Assembly: GCA_041662625.1 (NCBI GenBank)
Contig: JBAZSB010000001.1
Coordinates: forward strand, 374,467-438,466
Source: Patescibacteria group bacterium
Lineage (GTDB): Bacteria > Patescibacteriota > Patescibacteriia > Buchananbacterales > UBA6539
Length of the DNA: 64,000 nt
Direction of reading: 5' to 3'
Part shown: piece by piece, positions 9,455 to 20,228 of the stretch
Layout of the letters: each line of letters begins with the position of its first letter
Numbering within the stretch: the first letter of the stretch is position 1
Notes under the pieces: generated by a model
What the model was told of the DNA's origin: nothing
Seen by the model: only the letters and a program-made list of their open reading frames with translations
Databases searched by the model: none
Position numbers and translations under genes: made by a program

Positions 9455-10144
9455 TTACTTTTTCCAAGCTTGGGCTAAAATTTTGGCCAGGTATTTCTTA
9501 AACCGAAGCTGCTGCGCGATGCTATTAACTAATTCTAAATTAATATAAGATGAAAAATAAAATTGAGGAATATTTTTAACGTAATCCAGATCAGATAATT
9601 TTTTGACTGCATGCCAGCTTAAACCATTAGGTAAAACGGCACTGAGATGATTACAGCCAACTTTATATTGAGTTGCCAATTGCTGGCTTAATTTGTAATC
9701 TTTTGGGCAGCGGCGGCGAAAATACTCCAAATGGGATAAATCGATACAAACACCACCGGCATTCTCAAAAATTTTAAAGTTCTTGATTCTGGCTTTACCA
9801 TTATTATTCTCGATAAAAATTTTAGCCCGGTGTTTTGAATTTTTAAAATATTTTAAAAAGTACTGATAATGAGTGGTAAAAACTTTTGTCCCATACTGAT
9901 TAACAAAAAAATTAATTTCTGATTCTCTCATGTCTTGACGAAGATGAACATGATAAATTTTTTTTACTTTGGTTTGAGACAATGACTGATAAATTTCTTT
10001 CCTTTCCAAGTATCCAGCTGCAGTCAAAAATAAAGAAATTTCCTTTAACCCGAGATTTCTGACTTCAGCCATCATTTTTCGCCAATCACCGGCATAAGTC
10101 ACAACTGATGGATAAATTCTTTTTAAAATTTCCGCTTCAGTCAT
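9455..10144 (-). CDS. hypothetical protein
   Basis: 229-aa ORF, tightly packed in the operon. No family recognised. Confidence 0.4.
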   Translation of the reverse strand: MTEAEILKRIYPSVVTYAGDWRKMMAEVRNLGLKEISLFLTAAGYLERKEIYQSLSQTKVKKIYHVHLRQDMRESEINFFVNQYGTKVFTTHYQYFLKYFKNSKHRAKIFIENNNGKARIKNFKIFENAGGVCIDLSHLEYFRRRCPKDYKLSQQLATQYKVGCNHLSAVLPNGLSWHAVKKLSDLDYVKNIPQFYFSSYINLELVNSIAQQLRFKKYLAKILAQAWKK

Positions 10145-11160
10145 TAGCAGCTTTCTCCCCCATATTGCTTTTTGTAATACTTCTGATACTCGCCGGACTT
10201 AACTTTTTGCCACCAATCTTGATTCTCTTGATACCATTTAACTGTTTGCGTTAAATACTCGTCAAAGTCGTGCTCTGGCTTGTAACCCAATTCAATTTTA
10301 GCTTTTGACCAGTCAACCGCATATCGCCGGTCATGAGCTGGCCGGTCTTTGACAAATTCAATCATGGTTTTGTCTTTGCCTAAAATTTTCAGAATTTTTT
10401 CAATGATTTGCAGATTATTAATATCGCTAGCCATCCCGCCAATACAGTAAGTCTCGCCGATTTTGCCTTTTTGCAAAATTAAATCAATCGCCCGGCAATG
10501 GTCAGTAACATAAATCCAGTCACGGACATACAAGCCATCACCATAAATTGGCACTTTTTTTTCGGTCAAAAGGTTAGTAATAGCCAGCGGAATAAATTTC
10601 TCCGGAAATTGATAAGGCCCAAAATTATTTGAGCAATTAGAAATAGTAATCGCTAACTTATGCGTATCAAAATAAGCCCTGACTAAATGGTCAGAACCGG
10701 CCTTACTGGCCGAATACGGACTATGAGGATTATAAGATGTACTCTCATTAAACTTTTCTTTGGAGTCCAGGCTTAAAGCGCCAAAAACTTCATCGGTAGA
10801 AACATGATGAAAACGTTTGTCATGCTCTTTAGCGGCATCAAGTAAAATCTGAGTACCCATTACATTGGTTCTGACAAACTCGGCGCAGTCAATAATTGAG
10901 CGGTCAACATGCGACTCAGCCGCAAAATGAACCACTATATCACAATCCCGGACTAAAGGTCCCACCACATCAATATTACAAATGTCACCTAAAACAAATT
11001 TGTAATTGGGGTTATTTTCTACTGCTTTTAAATTTTCTAAATTACCGGCATAAGTCAGCTTATCAAGATTAATAATCTCATCTTGAGGATGATTTTTTAA
11101 CCAGTAATGGATGAAATTGGAGCCGATAAACCCAGCTCCGCCTGTTACTAATACTTTCAT
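10144..11160 (-). CDS. rmlB: dTDP-glucose 4,6-dehydratase
   Basis: MKVLVTGGAGFIGSNF, YxxxK SDR-extended motifs, 338 aa. Confidence 0.85.
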   Translation of the reverse strand: MKVLVTGGAGFIGSNFIHYWLKNHPQDEIINLDKLTYAGNLENLKAVENNPNYKFVLGDICNIDVVGPLVRDCDIVVHFAAESHVDRSIIDCAEFVRTNVMGTQILLDAAKEHDKRFHHVSTDEVFGALSLDSKEKFNESTSYNPHSPYSASKAGSDHLVRAYFDTHKLAITISNCSNNFGPYQFPEKFIPLAITNLLTEKKVPIYGDGLYVRDWIYVTDHCRAIDLILQKGKIGETYCIGGMASDINNLQIIEKILKILGKDKTMIEFVKDRPAHDRRYAVDWSKAKIELGYKPEHDFDEYLTQTVKWYQENQDWWQKVKSGEYQKYYKKQYGGESC

Positions 11161-11254
11161 ATTTTCAGTAAATTAAGCGAGTTAAGCGAGTTCGGCAAGT
11201 TAAGTTTCTTAACTCACTTAGTTTACTGAACTCGCTGAACTTGCTAAAAAATTA

Positions 11255-11653
11255 TTATAAACTCCCCTTAATCTTCTCAGCATACTCAGCCATTTCATTC
11301 TCACCATATTTCTTCGTTGGCCCAAAGCCAGCTAAACCATCATCTTTAAAACGAGGGACTAAATGGACATGAAAATGAGGCACGTCAACTCCAACGACAG
11401 ACACAACCACAAAATCAGCTTTAAGCGCTATTTTTATGACTTTCATTAATTCCTTAGCTTTAGTGAAGATATAAGCCACTAGTTCATCAGGCGTATCAGC
11501 CATCATCCGATAGTGTTCTTTGGGAATAAGCAAAACATGGCCATAATTCACCGGATTAATATCCAAAAAAGCCAGGACTTTATCATCTTCATATACTTTT
11601 GCCGCCGGAATTTCCCCAGCGATAATTTTACAAAAAATGCAATCCGCTGCCAT
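11255..11653 (-). CDS. HIT family (histidine triad) hydrolase
   Basis: HFHVHLVPR histidine-triad motif. Confidence 0.8.
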   Translation of the reverse strand: MAADCIFCKIIAGEIPAAKVYEDDKVLAFLDINPVNYGHVLLIPKEHYRMMADTPDELVAYIFTKAKELMKVIKIALKADFVVVSVVGVDVPHFHVHLVPRFKDDGLAGFGPTKKYGENEMAEYAEKIKGSL

Positions 11654-11756
11654 ATTTTAGGTCTTAATCTTTAGAAAGACAAAGTACTCGTCTTCCAAAA
11701 CTTTAACAAAATATTGCTCATCAATCAAGTCCCCCCTACGACCATAATTTTATCTT

Positions 11757-13451
11757 CTACTCATCCCGGCCCATCATTTTTAACAAATTGGTTAATTTAT
11801 ACTCCAATTTCTCATACTCGGTCTGGGAATGATGAATTTTATAATCAGGTAATAAAATAAAAGTGTCATCAATGTTAACCAGAAGATTTCTTTCTAAATT
11901 TAAATTATCAATAAAAAACTCCATATCACTAGACAAAATATAAATAGTATCTTTTTTATATAAACCCCTTTTCGCATCTTCAGTTTCTTTTTCAATAACA
12001 TTATTAAGTCCCTTGATCGGCCGAGCAAAATATCCATTATTTACAGTCAGATGATTTTGGGCGGCATACAAGGCAAAATCCATGTAATTTCGGTGATGGA
12101 TAACCGGTATAAATGAAATGTGCTTATAATCTTTAGCTAGACCTTCCCAGTCACGAGAAATTATGTGGTTTGACCATTTTTTTCCTTCAAATACTTTGCC
12201 CCTTTCCACCAGCATATTACTTAAATCAAATAATTGAAAAAATACTGCTAAAAGCAATATGGCCAAAGCTATCTTATACTTAGTCACTTTCAAAATATAA
12301 AAAGATAATAATAACAGCAGATAAAAAACCGGCCAAAATAATCTGCCCGAAGAACGCACAGCGCCTAAAATATTATTGGCAAAAAACTCAGGTAGTTGAA
12401 CATTGATTATTACCTTTGAATTAAACGTAACGACATTGCTGATTGCCAACAAAGTCAGAATTAAAGCGACTACGATGATCGGCCAATTTCTTTGAATAAC
12501 TTTAAGTAATATCTTTCTTTTAACCGCCGCCAGAAACGATAAAACTAACAAAAATATAATACCAACTCCTAAATAGTTAAAGCCTTCAGCCTGATATTCA
12601 GTGATTGGCAGACTATGAATTATGCGGGAAAAAACCAACGGATTAACTAAGGCATTAAGATTCATCGAAAACTGACCATAACCGCCTCCAAGGGCAAAAT
12701 CACCCATAAAATAACCTAGGGCGTATGCAATTAATGATATTAAAATTATTTGGCTAGCAAAAAAAATAAAAGCCTTCGATAGTTTAATTTTTTTATAAAC
12801 CAATAAAAGCATAATGATATCGGCAAACACCAAAAAAACATTCATAAAAAACAAATAGGGATGAACTAACAAAGATACCACCAATAATAAACTCCAATAA
12901 AACCACTGAATCTTTTCGTGAGGTCTTAATAATAACCAGAGGGCCGATAAAATCAACCATTGGCCGCCCAAGGCAAGATGACCGCCAATTCTAAACAACA
13001 TAATTGGACTCAATAAAAAAAGGACTGACCCCAAAATAGCCAACGTCTTTTTCTTAATAAAATTTTCTATAAGCAAATAGCCAAATATCGCCTGCAGGAT
13101 AAAACAAATGAGCATCCAAATACCAAAGTACTGAAATTGCCCAGGCAAAACGCTGCTGAGTAACTTTAATGGCATTGCCAGTATTGGTATTGAGTCAGTA
13201 AATATTACTGGGACACCCACCGGATAGCCATAATTATTTGCCACACCAATTGGAAAAGACCAATCAGAGTAACGATACATTTCCCAACCAACATAATACT
13301 GGACTAAATCTGGCTCATCGGTCGCCAATAACCATGCGTAGTATTTCGGATTTAAAACTTCAGAATACAAAATCAAAAAAAATATTAAGCCAAGGAGTAA
13401 AGAAATCAATATTGCAGCAATGTTTTTTTGCTTATTTAATCCTGGGGGCAT
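11757..13451 (-). CDS. polytopic membrane protein, GT-C-like glycosyltransferase candidate
   Basis: 564 aa with more than 10 predicted TM helices. It lies in a glycan-biosynthesis context. Confidence 0.45.
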   Translation of the reverse strand: MPPGLNKQKNIAAILISLLLGLIFFLILYSEVLNPKYYAWLLATDEPDLVQYYVGWEMYRYSDWSFPIGVANNYGYPVGVPVIFTDSIPILAMPLKLLSSVLPGQFQYFGIWMLICFILQAIFGYLLIENFIKKKTLAILGSVLFLLSPIMLFRIGGHLALGGQWLILSALWLLLRPHEKIQWFYWSLLLVVSLLVHPYLFFMNVFLVFADIIMLLLVYKKIKLSKAFIFFASQIILISLIAYALGYFMGDFALGGGYGQFSMNLNALVNPLVFSRIIHSLPITEYQAEGFNYLGVGIIFLLVLSFLAAVKRKILLKVIQRNWPIIVVALILTLLAISNVVTFNSKVIINVQLPEFFANNILGAVRSSGRLFWPVFYLLLLLSFYILKVTKYKIALAILLLAVFFQLFDLSNMLVERGKVFEGKKWSNHIISRDWEGLAKDYKHISFIPVIHHRNYMDFALYAAQNHLTVNNGYFARPIKGLNNVIEKETEDAKRGLYKKDTIYILSSDMEFFIDNLNLERNLLVNIDDTFILLPDYKIHHSQTEYEKLEYKLTNLLKMMGRDE

Positions 13452-13478
13452 AATTGACGATTGATTAGACTAAAAAGG

Positions 13479-14843
13479 CTAAGAAACCAGTAAAATTGGC
13501 CAAGCGACTCCTAAATAAATTAATAACGGTATAAGAATAAAAATTACAGCAATAATTTTATTTTTAAATCTTTGCCACCACCAACTATAAGATATGGCCG
13601 TTAACAGCGGAAAGGTAAAATAAATAAAAGCAGCCTTAGCTACTCCCCTCTCAAGATAAGGAAACCGCAAATTGTTATAAATAAGCGCAGCTAAACCAGC
13701 AAAAAACAAAATCATTAGAAAAAATTTATAATAATCAATTTCTTTATTTCTTATCACTAATAAAGCCTCGCCAAAAAATCCAACAAACCAAATTAAGGTA
13801 ATAAAAAAGCCCACCCGATTGATTAGCAGCATTGATTGCCATAGATTGGCTGTTGTATAGCGTCCATTATTGACTAAAATTTTTTGTTCGACTGGTATTG
13901 AATTTATCTTATCGACATTATTAAATAAATTATAATAATCACCAAAAGAATCACCCAGCAAAATGGAAAAAAATGATTGCGGCTGGCTATACCAGTAAGG
14001 GTAATCAAAAAAAATCTTATAGTTGATCTTCCTTAAATATTGCCAGCCATCACTCTTTAATATATTTTGCTTGTTTTGTCTTTCATACAAATTAATGGAA
14101 AAAGCCTCACCAAATTTATTTTGTTTATATATAAACCAAGGAATATTAATTGCTCCTACTATAAAAATTACAAAAAAGATATAAAGCAAAAAATATCTTT
14201 TTTTATTAGCAACAAAATTAAAAAGCCAAATAATAATAGCAACTAATAAGATGATAAAGGCAGTCAATTTGACTAGGGTTGCTAAACCTAAAATGATAGA
14301 CCACCAAATCACAAGTTTCTGCTTATTTTTTGCCAATAACTGCCAACGACAAAATAAGATAACTAACAAAATGATCAAAACATGAACCAAAATTTCATTA
14401 TTTACATAAACTGATAATTTTATTCCAACAAAAAAAATGGAGAATAAAAAAACATTCAACAACGCTAACCATTTATTTTTCTGACTGTAATCATAAGCCA
14501 GCAGCCAGACCAGAAATAAAAAAATAAAATAAAAAAATACATTTAAGCTTTCCCACCAATTCAGGCTATCATTTTGAAAAAACTCACCAATTTTAGACCA
14601 GCCAGCAAGAATTAGGTAATAAAGCGGCTCATGCCAGGATAAATATGTCTCTTCAAAAGTCGGTAACCGTTGCTTTTCTAAAATTGTTTTAGTATAGGCG
14701 ATATGCGCCCCGCCGTCATCTGCCCACCAGGTATTATAATTTCTGAGGTTGTTAAAAGAAATAAATAAAGTTAGCAACAAAATAATAAACAGGAGCACTA
14801 AATATAGTAGATTTTTTTTGAGAAATAACGAGGTATTTAACAT
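13479..14843 (-). CDS. GT-C family glycosyltransferase (PMT_2/ArnT-like)
   Basis: WWADDGGAHIAYTKTILEKQRLP motif typical of the GT39/GT83 PMT_2 family. Polytopic. Confidence 0.55.
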   Translation of the reverse strand: MLNTSLFLKKNLLYLVLLFIILLLTLFISFNNLRNYNTWWADDGGAHIAYTKTILEKQRLPTFEETYLSWHEPLYYLILAGWSKIGEFFQNDSLNWWESLNVFFYFIFLFLVWLLAYDYSQKNKWLALLNVFLFSIFFVGIKLSVYVNNEILVHVLIILLVILFCRWQLLAKNKQKLVIWWSIILGLATLVKLTAFIILLVAIIIWLFNFVANKKRYFLLYIFFVIFIVGAINIPWFIYKQNKFGEAFSINLYERQNKQNILKSDGWQYLRKINYKIFFDYPYWYSQPQSFFSILLGDSFGDYYNLFNNVDKINSIPVEQKILVNNGRYTTANLWQSMLLINRVGFFITLIWFVGFFGEALLVIRNKEIDYYKFFLMILFFAGLAALIYNNLRFPYLERGVAKAAFIYFTFPLLTAISYSWWWQRFKNKIIAVIFILIPLLIYLGVAWPILLVS

Positions 14844-14892
14844 AGTTTATCCAGCAAATCACAGGCTCGCCTATTAGATTAAAAAATGGCAA

Positions 14893-16608
14893 CTAGGTTT
14901 TTACCATATAAAATACAAAGTTTTTATCTTCAAAAATTTTAGTATAATATTGCTCACTGATTAAGCTAGAAGGAATCTCGATTGTCCCTTCCTTACCACC
15001 CAAAGGATAATCGTCAAGCCAGAAAAAAATCGGATAATTTTGATTACTCTTGTATAGCAACAAGGCATCAATTGGTTCAAAAGGTGAATTTCGGAGATTT
15101 TTGGCAAAATCTTGCGGACTTTTACTGACGGCCAATCCAGAAATAAAATAATAGCGCTGCGAAAAATTAGCCGCCGGGTGAGAAAAATGAATATTATAAC
15201 TAATATAATAATCAAACGGTAGATAGGCGGAAAGTTGGGGCACGCCGCTGGACAGTATTGTCAGTTTTTCAAGATCAGGGACATTTTTCAGTTCTTCAAT
15301 TAAATTAACAAGCTCTTCCCTTAAAGGTTGCTTTGTGGTTATCAATTGATTTCGCACCATTGGGCTATCAATAAAACTACCGCCTAAAAGTTGGGTGGCT
15401 AAAATTAGCCAAGCCAAAACAAAAATTGCTGAATGCCAATTTTTATAATTCAGCTTAGTTTCTAAAAATTCACTGAGACCATAGGCAGCGCTAATAGCCA
15501 AAACAGCGCCACCAAAAAATACAAACGGTTTATCCGGCAAAAATGGCGCTTGCCGAAAAGCAACGGTAATTAAACTAATAAATTGCCAAAGGTAAAGAGA
15601 AACTAATATTGCCCCCAGCGCTTTGAAATGGGGCTTTGACCAATAAAAGATGATCGATAATAAACCGATTAGAGAAACTAAACCAAAAATTGAAAATTGA
15701 AAAAAGGGCAAGAATAAATCTAAACTTTGAATGGTAAAAAAGGCAGGCTGCCAATTTTCCAAACCAAACTTCAAAGAAGAAATTAAAAGTGGCAAAGTAT
15801 AAGGCAAAGAAATTAAAATTACTAAAGCTCCGACTAAAAACAAGCGGCTATAATAATACCAAATCTTGGTTGGCGTCAATAATTTAAATAAGGCAACCGC
15901 TAAAACTAGAGGAAAAAACCAAAAGTAAAAAGTTAAAAATAACAAACCGCCACTAATGCCATAAAATAAAATCTTTTTAACATTTAATGATTTGAAGTGC
16001 AAATCACAAAGTAAAAAAGCTAACCAAAAAACAATTAGAACAGCGGAAATAAACTCATAAGGCTTAGTAATCACTGTAGTCCAATCGGCAACGACAAAAA
16101 CTAGAGCCGGCGCTAAAACTAATTTCCACTTATTGCTGCTTGCCTTATCTGAATTCTGCTGATCGGCCAAAGTCTTAAAGGTGTAACTGAACCAAAAATA
16201 GACTAAAAAAGGTAGGATAAGTAAAACTATGGCTACTCCCAATTGGGCGGCACCAACGCCGTTTAATTTAAATAAAAAAGCTAAACCACCAATTAGCCAA
16301 AAATAAAGCGGCGGATAAAAAGGCGGCAAGCCACTATAAAAGAAATCAGAAAATGGTTGGCCGGAAGCGACTTTTTCCAAAAAAGCGGTAACAAAAATTT
16401 CATCCCCTTGCAGTCCCCACCAAGTTACTTTTGCCTGGTAAATTAAAACTAGATAAGTCGTAGCCAAAAAAACAGAAATTAAAGTTACCAATAGAATCGG
16501 TTTTTTTAGTTTAAAAAAGAAAATTAAACCTAGGCCAATAAATAAATAAAAAAGCAGTTTTATTACTGCTATCTGCCAAACCTCAGTTGGACTTAAAATA
16601 ATATCCAT
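14893..16608 (-). CDS. polytopic membrane protein, GT-C-like candidate
   Basis: 571 aa, many TM helices. Confidence 0.45.
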   Translation of the reverse strand: MDIILSPTEVWQIAVIKLLFYLFIGLGLIFFFKLKKPILLVTLISVFLATTYLVLIYQAKVTWWGLQGDEIFVTAFLEKVASGQPFSDFFYSGLPPFYPPLYFWLIGGLAFLFKLNGVGAAQLGVAIVLLILPFLVYFWFSYTFKTLADQQNSDKASSNKWKLVLAPALVFVVADWTTVITKPYEFISAVLIVFWLAFLLCDLHFKSLNVKKILFYGISGGLLFLTFYFWFFPLVLAVALFKLLTPTKIWYYYSRLFLVGALVILISLPYTLPLLISSLKFGLENWQPAFFTIQSLDLFLPFFQFSIFGLVSLIGLLSIIFYWSKPHFKALGAILVSLYLWQFISLITVAFRQAPFLPDKPFVFFGGAVLAISAAYGLSEFLETKLNYKNWHSAIFVLAWLILATQLLGGSFIDSPMVRNQLITTKQPLREELVNLIEELKNVPDLEKLTILSSGVPQLSAYLPFDYYISYNIHFSHPAANFSQRYYFISGLAVSKSPQDFAKNLRNSPFEPIDALLLYKSNQNYPIFFWLDDYPLGGKEGTIEIPSSLISEQYYTKIFEDKNFVFYMVKT

Positions 16609-16612
16609 AAGA

Positions 16613-17644
16613 CTAATTTAGATTTTTGAAATTTTCGGCGGCGGCAATAATTTTTTTGGCTACCTGTATGGAATGGCCAGGCGTTAGACTAATTCCCGTT
16701 TCCCGACTGAGCATCATACCATCAACACCATCCAAAACTAGGTTGGTTAAGTCCAAAATTTCTGCCCGGGTTGGAACATAAGAGCTGACAATGCTGGCTA
16801 AAATTTGCGTCGCGACAATGACTGGTTTGCCAGCAGCTTTAGTTTGCCGGACAATTTCCTTCTGACTTATGCCCAAATTTTCAAAAGGCATGGTTAAACC
16901 TAAATCACCCCGCGCTACCATTATAATATCAGTCTCCTTAATAATTTCTTTAATATTTTTGAGCCCTAGCGGTGATTCAATTTTGGAAACGATCAAAGGC
17001 TGCCAATCTTTCGTCGTGACTTCAGCCAGTAATTTTTTGGCTTTTATTAGATAATCACGGCTATTCACAAAGGAAAAAGCCACCCAGTCCGGCTTAATCT
17101 GAGCTAAATTTTTAATATGATTCAAGGTTTTTTCATTGAAATGGTCAAGTTGGTCGATTTTTTCACCAATGTTAATCCCCTTCATATTAAGGATGGCATT
17201 GGTGTTTAAAGCCCGCGCCTTAAAACTGTCCTGATCGACTATTGAAGTTACAACAAAAGCAATCTCCCCGTCCGCTAAAGTAAAAATTTGTCCCTTTTTG
17301 ACCAAAGTACCAACGGCGGGAAAAGCCACTGGCACATACTCCGCCAGATCGGGAGAAAAATCTTTGCTGGCAAATGTCAGCTCCTGATCTTTAACTACTG
17401 GATATTCTTTGGCGGCAAAATCACCCAGCCTGACTTTACTGCCCGGCAGGTCAGCCAAAATCTTAATTTTATTTTCCAAACCAAGTTTAGCAATTACTGG
17501 ACGGGCAATATCAATTTTCGTCTTTAATTCTTGAGGAGAGCCGTGAGCAAAATTGTAACGCAAAACCGTAGCGCCAGCCGTTATAATTTCTTCAATTTTA
17601 TTGGCCGGGTAAGAACTTTTGGAAATTGTAGCAATAATATACAT
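16613..17644 (-). CDS. pyk: pyruvate kinase, barrel domain only (no C-terminal domain)
   Basis: PK motifs IVSKIESPLGL, MVARGDLGLTMP, GKPVIVATQILASIV, DGVDGMMLSRETG. The ORF-track start at 17680 is a GTG overlapping rmlC. The first ATG (MYIIATISKS, matching the PK N-terminus) is at 17644. Confidence 0.7.
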   Translation of the reverse strand: MYIIATISKSSYPANKIEEIITAGATVLRYNFAHGSPQELKTKIDIARPVIAKLGLENKIKILADLPGSKVRLGDFAAKEYPVVKDQELTFASKDFSPDLAEYVPVAFPAVGTLVKKGQIFTLADGEIAFVVTSIVDQDSFKARALNTNAILNMKGINIGEKIDQLDHFNEKTLNHIKNLAQIKPDWVAFSFVNSRDYLIKAKKLLAEVTTKDWQPLIVSKIESPLGLKNIKEIIKETDIIMVARGDLGLTMPFENLGISQKEIVRQTKAAGKPVIVATQILASIVSSYVPTRAEILDLTNLVLDGVDGMMLSRETGISLTPGHSIQVAKKIIAAAENFKNLN

Positions 17645-17649
17645 TTTTT

Positions 17650-18126
17650 TTAACCACCCGTAGTTACTTCTTTTGGCCACTGATATGGTACTTCCGTTGA
17701 ATTCCAGGCAACCCGATATTCATCAGGTTTTTCATAATCATACTTTTCGGTGGGGAGATTAATGATTTTGGCTTGTTCACAATCAATGGCAGTAAAGCCA
17801 TGGTAAACGCCGACAGGAATTTTTAATAAGATGTGTTCACCAGCCATTTCTGGTTCACTTAAGATAAATTCCTGAATTTTACCTTTAGTGGGTGAATCCG
17901 GTCGCGGATCATAGAGAACGACTAAGGCCTTACCTGCCACACAGATGAAATGGTCGGTTTGTTTTTGATGATAATGCCAACCTTTGGCCACGCCGCGTTT
18001 GACACCAGTCAGATATACCTGGCCAAATTTTTCAAAGACTTCATCGTCGTTTCTTAGCATCTCCATTAAAAATCCCCTTTCATCCGGAATGACTTTCAAT
18101 TTTTTTATTTTGGATCCATCAATCAT
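17650..18126 (-). CDS. rmlC: dTDP-4-dehydrorhamnose 3,5-epimerase-like cupin (short form)
   Basis: 158-aa cupin with the RmlC-like core (ERGFLMEMLRNDD...GWHYH...YDPR). Clustered with rmlA/B/D. Confidence 0.6.
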   Translation of the reverse strand: MIDGSKIKKLKVIPDERGFLMEMLRNDDEVFEKFGQVYLTGVKRGVAKGWHYHQKQTDHFICVAGKALVVLYDPRPDSPTKGKIQEFILSEPEMAGEHILLKIPVGVYHGFTAIDCEQAKIINLPTEKYDYEKPDEYRVAWNSTEVPYQWPKEVTTGG

Positions 18127-18138
18127 ACTGGTTAACTG

Positions 18139-18339
18139 TTAATTGTTAATTGTTGTTATAATACCGCTTAATATGGCAACGATCAAGAACCAAATGGGAT
18201 TAAACCAGTTAGTCGCAAAACCAGGAACTAAATATTCAATCAGTAATAAAATCAAAAAAATTATAAGACTAAAATGAAAAATGATTTCCGCTATTTCCCG
18301 AAAATGGCTATCTTCTCTTTTAAATAATTTAAATTTCAT
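18139..18339 (-). CDS. small membrane protein
   Basis: 66 aa, two hydrophobic helices. Translationally coupled to the upstream ORF. Confidence 0.3.
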   Translation of the reverse strand: MKFKLFKREDSHFREIAEIIFHFSLIIFLILLLIEYLVPGFATNWFNPIWFLIVAILSGIITTINN

Positions 18340-18848
18340 CGACTTAAAATTATTTTCAAGCTTTTAATCCTTAGCTCTCCCCCACCACCGGTCGGATCGG
18401 TGGCAATCAAAAATCGCCGGACATTTTTTTGCTGATAAATTTTAGTTAAATCAAAAGTAAAAACCGCTTCCTGGAAACCTTCTTCACTTTCAGCCAAATC
18501 ACTAATAACCAAAGGCTTTTGTGGATCATAACCCCAGCCTGGTCCGGTTTGACCGCCCAGGCCAGTCAGTTCCAAACCCGCCTCTTGGTAAACCAAACGG
18601 ACCTGAGCTTTGGTAAACCAAGGCATTGACCTCAAATCAAAATAGACCGGAGATTCCAAAACTGTTTGGTAATCAGCATTTAATTTAACTCGCACTGCCG
18701 GACCCAATTGAGTAATCATTGTCTGATCTTTACCTAACTTCATTTCAACGACCAATTCTCCGCTAGAAGGAATATTTGTATTGACTAGCCAAAGCAAAAG
18801 ACCACCGGAAGCCAAAATTAGTAAAATAAAAGTTATTTTTTTAAACAT
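18336..18848 (-). CDS. hypothetical exported protein
   Basis: N-terminal signal/TM (MFKKITFILLILASGGLLLWLV). Confidence 0.4.
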   Translation of the reverse strand: MFKKITFILLILASGGLLLWLVNTNIPSSGELVVEMKLGKDQTMITQLGPAVRVKLNADYQTVLESPVYFDLRSMPWFTKAQVRLVYQEAGLELTGLGGQTGPGWGYDPQKPLVISDLAESEEGFQEAVFTFDLTKIYQQKNVRRFLIATDPTGGGGELRIKSLKIILSR

Positions 18849-18870
18849 AGAAAAATCAAAAATTAATAAT

Positions 18871-18898
18871 CAAGAATTAAGGGTTCCCTTAATTCTTG
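18871..18898 (-). terminator. perfect 13-bp palindrome (caagaattaaggg-tt-cccttaattcttg) followed on the minus strand by a T-rich tract; terminator or operator
   Basis: Read directly. It overlaps the stop of ORF 18889..20130 and precedes ORF 18336..18848. Confidence 0.4.
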
Positions 18899-20130
18899 AT
18901 TCCAGCCCCTTGATTCTCAACTCGGTACAGCACTTCCTGGCCAATATTCTTAATCGGCTCTAACTTCAAACCATTATCAAATTCCAGCGTTGGCTCCGGG
19001 CCCAAAGCATAATAATAAAGAGGCACTACCTTTGTCAAATCGGGCAAAATTGTCAGCAGCTCTTGATTTAATGACAAAGCGTCAAAAGTATGAATGACTT
19101 TACGCTCCGGAAAAAACACTTTGTCTTTGCGGACAGTGACAATAACCGAACCCGGCTCAGTTAGATTAATCACTTCCTGAGCCGTTTGTTTATAAGTGTA
19201 AATCCGCTCGCGCACCGGCAAAATACTATCTGGCTTAGCGGCTAAAACCAAGCAGGCCGAAGGATAAAATAAAGCTACCAGCAACAAAGCCAAAACTAAA
19301 TTCTGCCAGCGGTTTTTTAAAAAATTAGTCAAAACGAGTAAGCTCAAAGCGACAAACGGCAAAGCTAAAAGATAAAGCGGCAACCAATAACGGACATAAG
19401 ACAAACCAAGGGTGTTAAGATGAACCGTCAGTAAATCCGAGAATTGCCAGCTCCCGTAGTAAATGATTAGCCAGCCAAATGAAAACAAACTGAATAAAAT
19501 ATAGCCAAAGATTTCAATTTTCTGTCGGCCTTTTTGGGTCAAGAAAGCCACTAAACCCAAAATAGCCAAAAGTGAAAACCACCAAAGCCGGCTTAGATAA
19601 TGAGTCCAAAAATTATAAGCGGCCAAAGCGGGATGAAAGCCAAAAGGCAGAATCACTGATTTAACCATCTGACAACTTTGGCAAACTCCTGATTGATTAT
19701 CCTGAAGTTGGCTATAACCAGAGGTTAAAAAATCGCCAAACAAAATCCGCTGCTGATAAAGGCTGGGCAAAAAGACTAAAAAAGCAATAGCCAAAAATAA
19801 AATTAAGTGTCTAAGTTTTAATTTCCCCTGCAAATAAATTATAACTACTAAATAAACCACGATTAACCAAATAATTTCTGATGGCCGAATTGATAAAGCT
19901 AAACCCGCAAAAAAAGCCGCCAGTAAAGTCTGGCTGATTTTCAATTTCTGCCCTTGGAATAGAAAATAAATACTTAGCAGGATCAAAGAAATGAAGGTGA
20001 CATTGGGCAACATTGAGGCAACCGAATAATACCACCAGGCTGGATGAGCCAACATTAAAATTGCCGAAATTAAAGCAATTTTTTCATTAAAAATCCGTTT
20101 GCATATACCAAAAAAAGCTAAAACTCCCAA
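18889..20130 (-). CDS. polytopic membrane protein, GT-C-like candidate
   Basis: 413 aa, multiple TM helices. Confidence 0.45.
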   Translation of the reverse strand: MGVLAFFGICKRIFNEKIALISAILMLAHPAWWYYSVASMLPNVTFISLILLSIYFLFQGQKLKISQTLLAAFFAGLALSIRPSEIIWLIVVYLVVIIYLQGKLKLRHLILFLAIAFLVFLPSLYQQRILFGDFLTSGYSQLQDNQSGVCQSCQMVKSVILPFGFHPALAAYNFWTHYLSRLWWFSLLAILGLVAFLTQKGRQKIEIFGYILFSLFSFGWLIIYYGSWQFSDLLTVHLNTLGLSYVRYWLPLYLLALPFVALSLLVLTNFLKNRWQNLVLALLLVALFYPSACLVLAAKPDSILPVRERIYTYKQTAQEVINLTEPGSVIVTVRKDKVFFPERKVIHTFDALSLNQELLTILPDLTKVVPLYYYALGPEPTLEFDNGLKLEPIKNIGQEVLYRVENQGAGIKN

Positions 20131-20228
20131 AATGGAAAAAAGCGGGGTAAAATAGATGATTGCTTTAAGACTAAAAATTTTGGCTAAAGTCCCGTAAAGC
20201 AGAATTAAACCTAAAAAACTGCCCGGTA

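Noticed and set aside
17645-17680. 31-nt overlap between pyruvate kinase and rmlC
   Set aside because: The upstream start is a GTG. The first ATG at 17644 matches the canonical PK N-terminus and removes the overlap.
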